From assembly GCA_041658785.1 (NCBI GenBank), contig JBAZZL010000002.1:1714-65713 (forward strand): 64,000 nt of DNA. Direction: 5' to 3'. Source of the DNA: Patescibacteria group bacterium (GTDB lineage: Bacteria > Patescibacteriota > Patescibacteriia > Magasanikbacterales > UBA922). Positions 17,598 through 28,576 of the stretch are shown here, piece by piece; position 1 is the first letter of the stretch, and every line of letters starts with the position of its first letter. The notes beneath the pieces are model-generated. The model saw only the letters and a list, made by a program, of their open reading frames with translations, was not told where the DNA came from and made no database searches. Position numbers and translations under genes: made by a program.

Positions 17598-18938
17598 ATG
17601 ACATTTAATGACACTTACAATTATCTTCTTTCTTTGCAAAACCTCCCGCGCAAAGAATACATGAATCACCCGCGCCACTGCGGCATTTATTTGAAACGTC
17701 TGCAATTTTTCCTGAACATTCTGGGCAATCCGGAAAAGAAAATCCCCCGCTACATCCACGTCGCCGGCACCAGCGGCAAGGGCTCAGTAACGGCTTTCTT
17801 ACATTCAATTCTCCAAGCCGCCGGCAAAAAAGTCGGATCAACTCAATCCCCCCATCAGACCGCGATTACCGAACGCTGGAAAATCGGCAATCAATACATG
17901 AACAAAAAAGAATTTATTGATTTGGTGGAATTTATTAAACCAAAACTTGACGAATACATCCGAACCACGCCCTACGATATGCTCTCGTTTTTTGAAATAA
18001 TAGAGGCAATCGGTTTTATTTATTTTGCCAGACACAAAGTTCAATGGCTGGTGCTGGAAACCGGCTGTGGCGGACGATTTGATTCCAGCAATGTTATTCC
18101 GCGTAAAGACATCGCTGTCATCACCACCATCGGCCTGGATCACGTCGGCATCATCGGCGACAACAAATCGGAAATCGCTTATGAAAAGGCGGGAATAATC
18201 AAGCACGGGTGCAAAGTGTTTACGATGGAGGGAGATGAAAAAATAGTTGGCATTATTGAGAAAGAATGTGAAAAAAACAAAGCCAAATTAAATCACGTAT
18301 CACATACCACTTATCACGTATCAAATTTTAATTTAAATAATACTCAATTCATTTATCAAAACGAAACTTTTTGCCTTTCAACCATAGGCGAACACCAAGT
18401 AAAAAACGCGATTTTATGCATTGAAATCGCTCGGGCTCTCGGCATACCAGAAAACGCCATCAAAACCGGCCTAGCCAAAACCAAGCAACCCCTTCGCATG
18501 GAGATTGTATCAAAAAATCCGCTGATTATTCTTGACGGCGCGCACAATCCGGACAAGATGGGGACGACTGTGGCGACACTTCAGCACTTCAGCACTTCAG
18601 CACACAAACCAATAAACCAATCAACTATTAAACCAATAAACTTAATTGTTGGTTTTTCATCCGACAAAAATTACCTCCAAATGATCAAACAACTCTCCAC
18701 CCTGAAACCAAAATCCATCGCCTGCACAAGAAACACGGTCAACCCTTTCCGCAAAGTGGCCGACCCGCAGGATATTGCCAGAAGATTCAAAAAATTTTTA
18801 CCCAAAAGTAAAATCCAAATTTTCCTGGACCCGCGCGCGGCGTTGAATTGGAGCAAAAAACAATATAAAAAAAATAGTGGCCTGATTCTGGCCACTGGGT
18901 CTATTTTTTTGAGCGGGGAATTGCGCCACCGACTCTAA
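17598..18938 (+). CDS. Mur-ligase family folylpolyglutamate synthase-like protein (FolC-like) with in-frame low-complexity insert
   Basis: P-loop HVAGTSGKGS. Mur ligase central and C-terminal regions. Insert HFSTSAHKPINQSTIKPIN comes from (CACTTCAG)n/(ACCAATAA)n repeats at 18588-18650. Confidence 0.7.
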   Translation: MTFNDTYNYLLSLQNLPRKEYMNHPRHCGIYLKRLQFFLNILGNPEKKIPRYIHVAGTSGKGSVTAFLHSILQAAGKKVGSTQSPHQTAITERWKIGNQYMNKKEFIDLVEFIKPKLDEYIRTTPYDMLSFFEIIEAIGFIYFARHKVQWLVLETGCGGRFDSSNVIPRKDIAVITTIGLDHVGIIGDNKSEIAYEKAGIIKHGCKVFTMEGDEKIVGIIEKECEKNKAKLNHVSHTTYHVSNFNLNNTQFIYQNETFCLSTIGEHQVKNAILCIEIARALGIPENAIKTGLAKTKQPLRMEIVSKNPLIILDGAHNPDKMGTTVATLQHFSTSAHKPINQSTIKPINLIVGFSSDKNYLQMIKQLSTLKPKSIACTRNTVNPFRKVADPQDIARRFKKFLPKSKIQIFLDPRAALNWSKKQYKKNSGLILATGSIFLSGELRHRL

Positions 18939-18955
18939 CTCTAACTTTACCACCA

Positions 18956-19540
18956 TTATAATGTTTTTAATAACGCTTCTATATTCTGCATTTCCTGCTC
19001 ACAATAACTCTGATTTTTCTCTGTTATTTCACCGCTAGTAACAAAATCAAAGAGATATTTCCTTGCCTGACGGATTATCCGTTTCACTTCGGAAACAAAC
19101 GACCCCTCCATGACCATCCGTTGCAACCGTTCCAGCGATTCGTACTCCCTCGTCTGCGACAATGCTTGTTGGGTATCCTCTTCGGAAAAACTAGAAAATT
19201 CTTTCATCGTCTGAACACCCAGCTTCACCGCCTCAAGATAAGTGGCTAAAAAACCAACAAATCCTTCTTTATATTCTTTAAGCGCAACGGTCACCCGACG
19301 CACATCTTCCGATTTGCTCTTGTCGTTTGTATTTTTTTTCAACCATTCCTGTCGCCGTTCAATAGTATGGCAGGCCGTCTCAATATCATTTTGGGCAGAG
19401 AGAAAAATCCGCGCATTTTCAACGAGCCGCATAAACGGCGATTCCTCCCCCCTAACATCCGGTGGCGGCGGCTGTCTTACTAACCGCGGTGTTTTCTCTT
19501 CTGGCGGGATTGGCGGTTTAGTTTTTCTTTCCTCGGTCAT
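18956..19540 (-). CDS. hypothetical protein
   Basis: 194-aa ORF. Pro-rich N-terminus. No motif recognised. Confidence 0.3.
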   Translation of the reverse strand: MTEERKTKPPIPPEEKTPRLVRQPPPPDVRGEESPFMRLVENARIFLSAQNDIETACHTIERRQEWLKKNTNDKSKSEDVRRVTVALKEYKEGFVGFLATYLEAVKLGVQTMKEFSSFSEEDTQQALSQTREYESLERLQRMVMEGSFVSEVKRIIRQARKYLFDFVTSGEITEKNQSYCEQEMQNIEALLKTL

Positions 19541-19623
19541 ATATCAAAATTGCAACAAAATCTATATTACCCATCCTATCATAATTTGACAATCTTGACA
19601 AACTCGTCTATGCTATTTCCCGT

Positions 19624-22014
19624 ATGAAGACATTAGTTATCGTTGAGTCCCCCACCAAAGCCAAAACAATTTCTAAATTCCTCGGCGCGGATTATACCGT
19701 GGAATCTTCTTTTGGCCATGTGCGCGATCTGCCAAAAAGCAAGATGGGGATTGATATTGAAGGCGGCACTTTTGAGCCAAAGTACGTTGTCTCGCGCGAA
19801 CGCGGTAAAAATGTAAAAAAACTGAAAGATTTGGCAAAAAAAAGCGATGAGATTATTTTCGCTACTGACGAAGACCGCGAAGGCGAGGCCATCTCCTGGC
19901 ACCTTGCTTATCTATTGGATATTGATCCGGCCAAAGCCAAAAGAATCGTCTTTCACGAAATTACCAAGCACGCCATAGATGAAGCGCTAAAAAATCCCCG
20001 ACATATTGACCAGCATCTAGTTGATGCGCAGCAAGCAAGGCGCGTTCTTGACCGGCTGGTGGGTTATGAACTCTCCCCTCTTTTGTGGAAAAAAGTGGCG
20101 CGCGGGCTATCTGCCGGGCGCGTGCAATCGGTCGCGGTTCGGCTGATTGTGGAACGGGAACGAGAAATCCAAAAATTCAAATCCGAAGAGTACTGGACGA
20201 TTGAGGGTATTTTTAAATCAATCAACAAACAGCAATCTCAGACACAGACGGATCCGCCTCTGGCGGAAACAATCAACAATCAGTTTCTGGCAATCCTCCA
20301 TTCAATTGACAATAAAAAACTTGACAAATTTGATCTAAAAACAAAAGCGGACACTGATAAAATTTTGACTGATCTAGACGGCGCTAGTTATTCAATCTTG
20401 AACATTGAAAAAAAAGAAGTCAAGAGAACTCCGCCTCCCCCGTTTACCACCTCTTCGCTTCAGCAAAATGCCCACAACGCGTTTGGCTATTCGGCTAAGC
20501 AAATTATGCGCCTCGCTCAACAGCTTTATGAGGGTGTTAATCTCGGCGCGGAAGGGCATGTCGGACTCATTACTTACATGCGCACCGACTCCTTTAACCT
20601 GTCGCAAAAATTTCTAAATGAAACCAATGCTTTTGTTAAAAAAGAATATGGAGATAAATATAGTCTGAAAAAACCGCGTTTTTACAAAACCAAATCAAAA
20701 GGCGCCCAAGAAGCTCACGAGGCCATTCGGCCAACTGACCCGGCTCGCGCTCCCGAATCAATCAAACAATATCTTGACCCGCAACAATATAAACTTTATT
20801 CCCTAATCTGGCGCCGCGCCGTCGCCACCCAAATGGCCGAAGCACGGTTAAACAAAACCACGATAGACATCAACACGACAACACGACAACACAACAACAC
20901 GACAAACACACCTTCGTATCTATTCAGAGCGTCTGGGCAGATTATGTTGTTTGACGGCTGGCTAAAGCTCTATCCGGACATGATGAGAGAAGAAATGCTG
21001 CCAGAATTAACTAAAGAAGAAAAGCTGAACTGTAAAGAATTAAAACCCGAACAGCACTTTACCCAGCCCCCGGCCCGTTATTCAGATGCCACACTCGTTA
21101 AGGCGCTTGAGGAATTTGGCATTGGCCGGCCGTCTACTTACGCGCCGACGATTTCCACGATTGAAGATCGCGGCTATGTCTTTCGCAATGAGGAAAAACG
21201 GCTCCAGCCGAACGACATCGCTTTTATCGTCAATGATCTTTTGGTAAAACATTTTTCCCAAATTGTTGATTTTCAATTTACCGCCAAAATGGAGGAGCTG
21301 TTTGACGACATAGAAAATGGCGCCGCCGAATGGCAGCCGGTGATAAAAGATTTTTACGGACCTTTTCATCAGACAATTGAAACCAAGACCGCGGAATTAA
21401 ATAAACAGGACGTGGTGCAAGCGAGAGAAATCGGCATTGACCCCAAGACCGGCAAACCCATTTCCGCCCGCGTCGGCCGCTATGGCCCCTTTGTTCAACT
21501 GGGGACAAAAGACGACGAAGAAAAACCCCAATTCGCTTCGCTGGAAAAAGGCATGAGTGTGGAAACCGTAACGCTTGAACAGGCGCTAAAACTCTTGTCT
21601 TTACCGCGCACGCTGGGGACTGACGCGGAAGGAAACGAGATAATCACTGACCAAGGCCGTTTTGGACCGTATGTAAAGATCAATAAACAATTTTTTTCAA
21701 TTAAACCCAAAGATCCCTACACCATCACACTCGCCGAAGCCCGGGAAATCATCAAAGAGGGGGAAGAAAAAAAAGCCAACAAAACGATCAAAGAGTTTCT
21801 CGGCTCCGACATTAAAGTGCTGAACGGACGCTATGGGCCGTATGTGACGGACGGAAAAAAGAACGGCAAAATCCCCAAAGATATCACTGACCCGGCGGCC
21901 ATGACGCTCGCGCAATGCGAAGAGATAATGAAAGATGCCAAACCGCCAAAAAAAAGATCTCGACAATTGATTAGATATATAAATAAGACCAAAAAAGGAC
22001 AATTGGTTGCATAA
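19624..22014 (+). CDS. topA: DNA topoisomerase I with low-complexity insert
   Basis: Toprim start MKTLVIVESPTKAKTI. Active-site region and C-terminal Zn-ribbon-like repeats. Insert INTTTRQHNNTTNTPS from (ACACGACAAC)n at 20870-20910. Confidence 0.9.
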   Translation: MKTLVIVESPTKAKTISKFLGADYTVESSFGHVRDLPKSKMGIDIEGGTFEPKYVVSRERGKNVKKLKDLAKKSDEIIFATDEDREGEAISWHLAYLLDIDPAKAKRIVFHEITKHAIDEALKNPRHIDQHLVDAQQARRVLDRLVGYELSPLLWKKVARGLSAGRVQSVAVRLIVEREREIQKFKSEEYWTIEGIFKSINKQQSQTQTDPPLAETINNQFLAILHSIDNKKLDKFDLKTKADTDKILTDLDGASYSILNIEKKEVKRTPPPPFTTSSLQQNAHNAFGYSAKQIMRLAQQLYEGVNLGAEGHVGLITYMRTDSFNLSQKFLNETNAFVKKEYGDKYSLKKPRFYKTKSKGAQEAHEAIRPTDPARAPESIKQYLDPQQYKLYSLIWRRAVATQMAEARLNKTTIDINTTTRQHNNTTNTPSYLFRASGQIMLFDGWLKLYPDMMREEMLPELTKEEKLNCKELKPEQHFTQPPARYSDATLVKALEEFGIGRPSTYAPTISTIEDRGYVFRNEEKRLQPNDIAFIVNDLLVKHFSQIVDFQFTAKMEELFDDIENGAAEWQPVIKDFYGPFHQTIETKTAELNKQDVVQAREIGIDPKTGKPISARVGRYGPFVQLGTKDDEEKPQFASLEKGMSVETVTLEQALKLLSLPRTLGTDAEGNEIITDQGRFGPYVKINKQFFSIKPKDPYTITLAEAREIIKEGEEKKANKTIKEFLGSDIKVLNGRYGPYVTDGKKNGKIPKDITDPAAMTLAQCEEIMKDAKPPKKRSRQLIRYINKTKKGQLVA

Positions 22015-23500
22015 AACGCACTCTGTGCCAAAAAAAAAAGAAACAATTGATGATTTGATAAATAAGGTCTCGGCGTATACGGCTAAAGCAGACATAGAGA
22101 TCGTACGCCTGGCTTTTGATTTTGCCAACGAAGCGCACAAAGGCCAACACAGAAAAACAGGTGAAGCATATATAGAGCACCCGTTGGCCGCTGCTCACCT
22201 GTTGGCCGATATGCGTATTGATCCAGTAATAATCATTGCCGCGCTATTGCACGATGTTCCAGAAGACACCGATGTATCATTGGATGAAATAGAAAAAAAT
22301 TTTGGCGCTGAAATTGCATCACTTGTCAGCGGCATTACAAAATTGGGAAAACTCAAATATAGGGGAGTAGAACGATACATCGAAAATCTTAGAAAAATGT
22401 TTGTCGCCATGGCAGAAGATGTGCGGGTGATGATTATCAAATTTGCCGACCGTATTCATAATCTGCAAACCCTGGATGCTCTGCCGCCGCAAAAACAATA
22501 CCGCATTTCACTTGAAAGTTTGGAAATTTATGCTCCAATTGCCAATCGGCTGGGCATGGATGAAATGAAATCAAAATTGGAAGATCTGTCATTCAAATAC
22601 GTTTATCCAAAAGAATACCAAAGAATCAAGATTCTCAGAGAGAAAAAAATTGAAGGAAAAGAAAAATACTTCACAGAAGTGCAAAAAATAGCAAAAAAAG
22701 AAATGGAAAAAGCGGGAATAAATATCATTGAAATATCCGGCAGAAATAAACGGCTATATAGTTTTTACAAAAAATTGCTTAAAAAAAATAATGACATCAA
22801 TAAAGTCTACGATCTGATAGCTATCCGAATAATTGTAAAAACTGTAGCCGACTGTTACGCTGTACTCGGCATCCTGCATAATATTTGGAAACCGATGAAA
22901 GGAAGAATTAAAGACTATATTTCCCAGCCCAAACCTAATGGATATCAATCATTGCATACTACGGTATTCGGAGAGGATGGAGAACTGGTGGAATTCCAAA
23001 TCAGAACACAGGAAATGCAGGACGAAGCGCAATATGGAGTAGCCGCGCACTGGCATTATGATGAACACGGATCTCGCGTACCCAAAAAACAAATAAAATG
23101 GGTAAAAGAGCTTGCGGAAATACAAAAAGACATACTTTCCAAACTCTCTGATTTGGAGGAAATAAAAATTGATTTTTTACAATCACGCATTTTTATATTT
23201 ACGCCAAAAGGCGACGTAATTGACCTGCCGGAAGGAGCCGTGCCGGTAGACTTTGCTTATCACATTCATTCAGATATCGGAAATAAATGTATCGGAGCGC
23301 GCATCAACGACAAGATGGTTAGTCTGGATACCGAGCTTAATAGTGGCGACATGGTAGAGATAATTATCGACAAAAATCGCAAAGGGCCCAGCCGGGATTG
23401 GCTCGACTTCGTAAAAACTCACACCGCAAGAGCGAGAATAAAAGCGGAACAAAAAAAATCTTTAACCGGATGGTTAAGATCAGTTCTGCCAAAAAAATAA
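22007..23500 (+). CDS. bifunctional (p)ppGpp synthetase/hydrolase (RelA/SpoT homolog, short form)
   Basis: HD domain (H..HD motif). RelA_SpoT synthetase region. TGS domain. Confidence 0.85.
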   Translation: MHKTHSVPKKKETIDDLINKVSAYTAKADIEIVRLAFDFANEAHKGQHRKTGEAYIEHPLAAAHLLADMRIDPVIIIAALLHDVPEDTDVSLDEIEKNFGAEIASLVSGITKLGKLKYRGVERYIENLRKMFVAMAEDVRVMIIKFADRIHNLQTLDALPPQKQYRISLESLEIYAPIANRLGMDEMKSKLEDLSFKYVYPKEYQRIKILREKKIEGKEKYFTEVQKIAKKEMEKAGINIIEISGRNKRLYSFYKKLLKKNNDINKVYDLIAIRIIVKTVADCYAVLGILHNIWKPMKGRIKDYISQPKPNGYQSLHTTVFGEDGELVEFQIRTQEMQDEAQYGVAAHWHYDEHGSRVPKKQIKWVKELAEIQKDILSKLSDLEEIKIDFLQSRIFIFTPKGDVIDLPEGAVPVDFAYHIHSDIGNKCIGARINDKMVSLDTELNSGDMVEIIIDKNRKGPSRDWLDFVKTHTARARIKAEQKKSLTGWLRSVLPKK

Positions 23501-23524
23501 AAAATCAAATAGTCTCTGCTCTAA

Positions 23525-24382
23525 TCAAGACAATTCCTCCATCAACCTCCTCAGCTCTTCTCTTGAATAATACTCAATCACTATCGTTCCCCTTTCTCCT
23601 CTTTGGGTAATATGCACTTTTGTGCCCAAGTTCTCTTCCAAAAGCTGTTCTTGCGCCAACAGATTCGGATCACGACGGACAGAACCTTTTCTTGATTTTG
23701 GTCCTCTGGCTGCAACCGTCCGCTCAACATCCCTTACGGTCACCGACTCCCCTATCATGCTGGAAAATACCTTCAATTGATCCTTTTGATTTTTCAAGCT
23801 CAAAAGCGCGCGGGCTTTGCCGGCGCTTAATTTGCCATCAACCAACGCCTTTTGGATCTCATCTGGCAAATCTAGCAGCCTGATTGTGTTGGCAATCGCC
23901 GATCGGCTCTTGCCCACTTGGTCGGCAATTTCTTGCTGTGTAAGACCAAACTCATCAATTAAGCGCTGATAAGCAAACGCCTCTTCAATCGGATTCAAAT
24001 CCTGCCTTTGGATATTTTCCACCAAGGCGAGCTCCAATTTTTCCTGTTGCGTCGCTGCGCGCACAATAGCGGGAATAGTCGGCAACCCAGCCATCTGCGA
24101 AGCTCGCAAACGCCTTTCTCCAGCCACCAACTCATAACCCCCGTCATCGCGCTCTATTACCGTCACAGGTTGTAATATGCCGTGGCGCTTGATAGAAGCA
24201 ACCAAGCCCTCAAGTTCCTGGTGCGAAAAATCGCGCCTAGGTTGCTCGCTATTGGGGACAATTTCAAAAATTGGAATATGCCAAATCTGATTGCCGTTTA
24301 ATACCGGTATTTCTTCCTTTTGAACTTTTCTGCGTGTTTTTTGTTGTGGAATTAATGAACCCAAACCCTTTCCGAGTGCCAT
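23525..24382 (-). CDS. parB: chromosome partitioning protein ParB/Spo0J
   Basis: ParB box GERRLRA. HTH region. Confidence 0.85.
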   Translation of the reverse strand: MALGKGLGSLIPQQKTRRKVQKEEIPVLNGNQIWHIPIFEIVPNSEQPRRDFSHQELEGLVASIKRHGILQPVTVIERDDGGYELVAGERRLRASQMAGLPTIPAIVRAATQQEKLELALVENIQRQDLNPIEEAFAYQRLIDEFGLTQQEIADQVGKSRSAIANTIRLLDLPDEIQKALVDGKLSAGKARALLSLKNQKDQLKVFSSMIGESVTVRDVERTVAARGPKSRKGSVRRDPNLLAQEQLLEENLGTKVHITQRGERGTIVIEYYSREELRRLMEELS

Positions 24383-24404
24383 ATTGTAAATAATAATTCT
24401 AATT

Positions 24405-25181
24405 TTATACTTGATGCTTTTCTAGCACCTCCCTTGCCAGTCTCTCATAAGCTTTTGCGCCCTTTCCGCTAGGATCATAATGAAAAATTGATTGTCCAAA
24501 ACTTGGGGCTTCGGCAAGACGAATGGTGCGTGGGATAATTGATCTAAATATTGTATCAGGAAAATATTTATAAAGTTCATTCATAACATCTTCTGACAAT
24601 CGCGTCCGCTTATCAAACATGGTAATGACAGCGCCTAAAACTTCTAATTCCGGTTTTAGGTGCTCTTGAATCAGTCCAATTGTCTCCAACAACTGCCCCA
24701 ACCCTTCCAAAGCATAGTATTCCGCTTGGACAGGAATTAAAATCTCATCTGCGGCAACTAGAGCATTGACGGTCAAAAGCCCAAGCGATGGAGGGCAATC
24801 AATAATTATATAATCGTACGCGTGTTTAACTTCGGAAAGAAGCTCTGCCAGCTGATATTCTCTGCGCTCCATGTTTACTAACTCAACATTGGCCCCGGCT
24901 AAATTTGGAGTCCCTGGCGCTATCCGAAGGCCTTCGTGCGCTGTGTTGTGGACCACATCATGAAGCCGTTTCTGACCAGCCAGGGCTTCATACAAGCCAT
25001 ATGGCAATTCTTTATATGTAATGCCAAAACCGCTGGTGGCATTTCCCTGCGGATCAATATCAACCAATAATACAAACTTTCCAAATTCGGCCAAAGCAGC
25101 CGCAAGGTTGACAGCGGTTGTTGTTTTACCAACTCCGCCTTTTTGGTTGACAATAGAGATTATTTTACTCATATTCATCAC
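24405..25181 (-). CDS. parA: chromosome partitioning ATPase ParA/Soj
   Basis: Deviant Walker A KGGVGKTT. Likely start is at MSKII (25172). Confidence 0.9.
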   Translation of the reverse strand: MMNMSKIISIVNQKGGVGKTTTAVNLAAALAEFGKFVLLVDIDPQGNATSGFGITYKELPYGLYEALAGQKRLHDVVHNTAHEGLRIAPGTPNLAGANVELVNMERREYQLAELLSEVKHAYDYIIIDCPPSLGLLTVNALVAADEILIPVQAEYYALEGLGQLLETIGLIQEHLKPELEVLGAVITMFDKRTRLSEDVMNELYKYFPDTIFRSIIPRTIRLAEAPSFGQSIFHYDPSGKGAKAYERLAREVLEKHQV

Positions 25182-25386
25182 GGTACACGATGCGCGTAAT
25201 CATAATTCATGATGCGCGCAACATGAATCATGACAAATTGTTCGAGATTAAGTCATGCTGGGCCTGCCCTGAGCCAAGCCGAAAGGTGCATCGTGCCGTA
25301 CGCATCATGATAATTATACACTAAATTGACAAAAAAACCAAAATGGGCTATAATCTTTCCACAAAAACCACACTAACAAAAAATTA

Positions 25387-25471
25387 TGCCGCCGTGGTGA
25401 AACTGGTAGACACGCACGACTCAAAATCGTGTGCTGAAAGGCATGTCGGTTCAACTCCGACCGGCGGCACC
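25387..25471 (+). tRNA. tRNA-Leu (anticodon CAA), CCA encoded
   Basis: Long variable arm. Anticodon loop CTCAAAA. T-arm GGTTCAACTCC. 3' CCA present. Confidence 0.8.
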
Positions 25472-25484
25472 ATGAATACTTCTT

Positions 25485-25964
25485 CTACAACAACCAGCGC
25501 AACGTCCCGCCAGCAAATAGAGTAATCAATGTTACCGCTGTCGCCGCCAAACACACTCCCGCCAAAATAGACCAAAAAGCTTTTTTAAAAGGGATGTTAA
25601 AAACAAATGCGGCGAGCGCTCCGGTCCATGCGCCGGTAAGCGGCAGCGGAATGCCTACAAAAATGGCCAAGCCAATAATTCCATATTTGGCATAACTGCC
25701 GGAAAACTTTTTTTCTGCTCTTTTGAGCAAATTTGTAAAAAATGATCCTAAAAATCTTTTACTTATCACCAACCGATGAACACTTGGTATAAAATACAAA
25801 ATAATCGCCGACGGCAGCATATTGCCAATAACCGAAATCAACCACGCCTTCCAGACTGTTAATTTATAAACTTCAATCGCAATCGGAATTGACGCCCTTA
25901 GTTCAGTCAAAGGAAGCATGGAGAGAAAAAAGTCGCGAGTTCGGACGACAGACCAGTAAACCAA
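25485..25964 (-). CDS. small membrane protein (COG2426-like putative small multidrug export protein)
   Basis: Four TM helices. 159 aa. Confidence 0.4.
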   Translation of the reverse strand: MVYWSVVRTRDFFLSMLPLTELRASIPIAIEVYKLTVWKAWLISVIGNMLPSAIILYFIPSVHRLVISKRFLGSFFTNLLKRAEKKFSGSYAKYGIIGLAIFVGIPLPLTGAWTGALAAFVFNIPFKKAFWSILAGVCLAATAVTLITLFAGGTLRWLL

Positions 25965-26091
25965 GTGACAGGATTTAAAACCATAAGATTGAAAGGCTTG
26001 TCCCGAGCGGAGTCGAGGGATTATAAGATTAAAAAATTATTTATTTCTAACGATGCTTTGGCAACAATCTTTTAGTTAGTCTTTCAATCTT

Positions 26092-27252
26092 TTAGTCTTC
26101 GTCTTCCGGCCAGCGATAATTCTCAAACACCCACTTCGCGATATCGCGCGCTTCGGTAAACCTCGCTTCATGCCTGTCTGCGCCCAATACAACAACATTT
26201 AACCAATGCTCTGCCTCATCTCCGATCTGAACTGCAAAATTATATCCGGCGGCCGGCGTATAACCTGTTTTTCCTCCGCTTAAATTAAAAAATTTATGTT
26301 GTATCCAGCCCAATAAAAGCCAATCTGTATTCCATATATGATGCGACTTGCGGCGTTCTCGAGAATACAAAGTCAGCTCTTTCTTGATTATTGTTTCCTT
26401 TATTTTCTGTTTTGTCAGCGCTTCATCAAGTAAAATAGAAACATCAGATGCGGTTGACACATTCTCATCATCTAGGCCGGTTGGATCTGCAAACCGCGTA
26501 TTACTCATCCCGAGCTCCAGCGCTTTTTGGTTCATGCGCTCGATAAAAGCCTCTTCTGGCCAGTCCAAAGCATTGGCCAATGTCTTTATTGCTTTATTTG
26601 ATGATCCAATTAATGCCGCATCCCACAACTCTTGGAGAGTATATGAATCAAAAGCATACATATGAGTATCAAGAGAATCTGCGCCAATCACCTCTGTAGT
26701 CGTTGACCAATCGATATCTTTTTCTAAAAGAACCAGCGCGCTCATCAGTTTTGTAATACTGGCAATCGGCCTTGCTTGGTATGGATTTTTGCTGTACAAC
26801 AATGCCCCTGTTTCACGATCTTTAACAACCATGCTTGCGGCGGTAAAAGTCTCTTCTGGCAACATCTCGCCGATCAATTCAGGCCGTTGCGGTTCTTGAA
26901 TTTTAGGAGGCGCAACTGTAATATCCCCGCCAGTTTGGGTTTCTGTTTCTGGTATGACCAGCGTTTTTGGCAAAAGCTGTCTGGCAAATTCCGCCTGTTC
27001 AGGAGTGATCTGTATAAATTTGATACTGGCCGCAATACCGATACCCAAGAATAAAATTCCCGCGCTAAGAACATTGCGCCATTTATTTGACTGGTCTTTT
27101 ATCGGATCTGGCGGTAAAAAAGTATTGGACATAATGACTAGAGGAGTGAAGCCGCTCCAAAAAACTATAATTAAATTTCGTAATTCAAAGTAAATTAATA
27201 CTAATCGTTGATATTTGGCGGTGGTTGGCTCTCCAATATCCGCCCCAAACAT
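26092..27252 (-). CDS. serine-type D-Ala-D-Ala carboxypeptidase (peptidase S11)
   Basis: SxxK motif ASITKLM. N-terminal TM. Probable true start near 27129 (MSNTF), which removes the overlap with scpB. Confidence 0.7.
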   Translation of the reverse strand: MFGADIGEPTTAKYQRLVLIYFELRNLIIVFWSGFTPLVIMSNTFLPPDPIKDQSNKWRNVLSAGILFLGIGIAASIKFIQITPEQAEFARQLLPKTLVIPETETQTGGDITVAPPKIQEPQRPELIGEMLPEETFTAASMVVKDRETGALLYSKNPYQARPIASITKLMSALVLLEKDIDWSTTTEVIGADSLDTHMYAFDSYTLQELWDAALIGSSNKAIKTLANALDWPEEAFIERMNQKALELGMSNTRFADPTGLDDENVSTASDVSILLDEALTKQKIKETIIKKELTLYSRERRKSHHIWNTDWLLLGWIQHKFFNLSGGKTGYTPAAGYNFAVQIGDEAEHWLNVVVLGADRHEARFTEARDIAKWVFENYRWPEDED

Positions 27253-27752
27253 TCATGAGTGTGTAAATTATCATATTCTGGCAATTCCTCAACTGAAGTA
27301 ATCCCAAGCTGGCGCAGAGCATCAAACGATAGTGTGTACACCATCGCCAACCTTCCATCGTCCTGCTTTTCCTCAATTAATCCGCGCATCAAAAGATTGC
27401 GCAAAATTATCGCGCAATTTACTCCGCGAATCTGTTCAAGCTCTGGTCTGGTAATCGGACTGCGATAAGCAATCACAGTCAAAGTTTCTAATTGCGGCTT
27501 AGTTAACTCGCCAGCAACTTCATCTTTGATAAATACCCGAATTGCGTCAGCATTTTTGGGATTTGTGCCCATTTGCACAGTTTCTCCATCAACAAAAAGA
27601 TGGATCCCGGATTCCTCGCGGTTATATTTCATTTTAAGCGTCTCAATTGCCCCTCCCACATCAGCAACATTTTTTCCAATCGCCCTTGCAATTGCTTCAA
27701 AAGCCAACGGCTTTGATGCGACAAAGAGAATTGATTCAATTTTGTCTAACAT
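27201..27752 (-). CDS. scpB: segregation and condensation protein B
   Basis: Tandem wHTH ScpB pattern. Confidence 0.8.
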   Translation of the reverse strand: MLDKIESILFVASKPLAFEAIARAIGKNVADVGGAIETLKMKYNREESGIHLFVDGETVQMGTNPKNADAIRVFIKDEVAGELTKPQLETLTVIAYRSPITRPELEQIRGVNCAIILRNLLMRGLIEEKQDDGRLAMVYTLSFDALRQLGITSVEELPEYDNLHTHECLGRILESQPPPNIND

Positions 27753-27871
27753 ATTTGCTTATTCTCCTTTTTTTATATACCCCTTCGCCTTACTAATTCC
27801 GATTTTGCAAAAATTAAATTCCAATTATTTTATTAAGTTTTAACTATGATTTAACGTTAGGCTTCGGAGTA

Positions 27872-28576
27872 TTATACGGAATTAAAATAACAATTGAGTA
27901 TAATAATATCTCCAAATACTTCATCCTGTCTCAACCCGACAACTTTCAGCTTCACAAGTTCTAACAATGCCAAAAAACCAACAATTACCTCTGTCCTATT
28001 TTGGCTGTTTTTTAGAACTTCGCCAAACAAAAAAGATTTTTTATTCTTTAATAGCCGTCGGATATAATCAACCTTCTCTTTCAACGAAATAGCTTTGTCT
28101 ATTTGCGTATACGGCAGCGCTTTCGGCGGCTTTAATCTGTTTAACAATTGTACCATACTTTCGCGCAAGGAATCTAGGCTAAGATTTATTGGCAAAACAA
28201 ATATTTCCACTTTTCTGGGGAGTTCAATTCTAAATACTCCACACCGGCTATTAAGCCACAATTTATTGACCTTTTTACTTGCTTCAACAAACGCCCGATA
28301 AAGCTTCAACTGCTCTTCCAGACTCTCTGTTTCTTCTTCCTCTGGCGCAAATTGCGGCAAAAGACGGCTTGATTTCAACAACAAAAGTTTAGCTGCCACC
28401 ACAAGAAAATCAGCCAGATCCTCAGGATTTTTCTTTTCCAACGAATCTAAATAATAAAGATATTGTTCAGTTACTTCGGAAATCGCGATCTCGCTGATAT
28501 CAAGCTTTTTTTCGCCAATTAGAGAAAGAAGCAAGTCATACGGCCCTTCAAATTGTTTAAGTTTGATAATTTTCAT
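27872..28576 (-). CDS. scpA: segregation and condensation protein A
   Basis: Kleisin ScpA N- and C-terminal motifs. Operon with scpB. Confidence 0.8.
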   Translation of the reverse strand: MKIIKLKQFEGPYDLLLSLIGEKKLDISEIAISEVTEQYLYYLDSLEKKNPEDLADFLVVAAKLLLLKSSRLLPQFAPEEEETESLEEQLKLYRAFVEASKKVNKLWLNSRCGVFRIELPRKVEIFVLPINLSLDSLRESMVQLLNRLKPPKALPYTQIDKAISLKEKVDYIRRLLKNKKSFLFGEVLKNSQNRTEVIVGFLALLELVKLKVVGLRQDEVFGDIIILNCYFNSV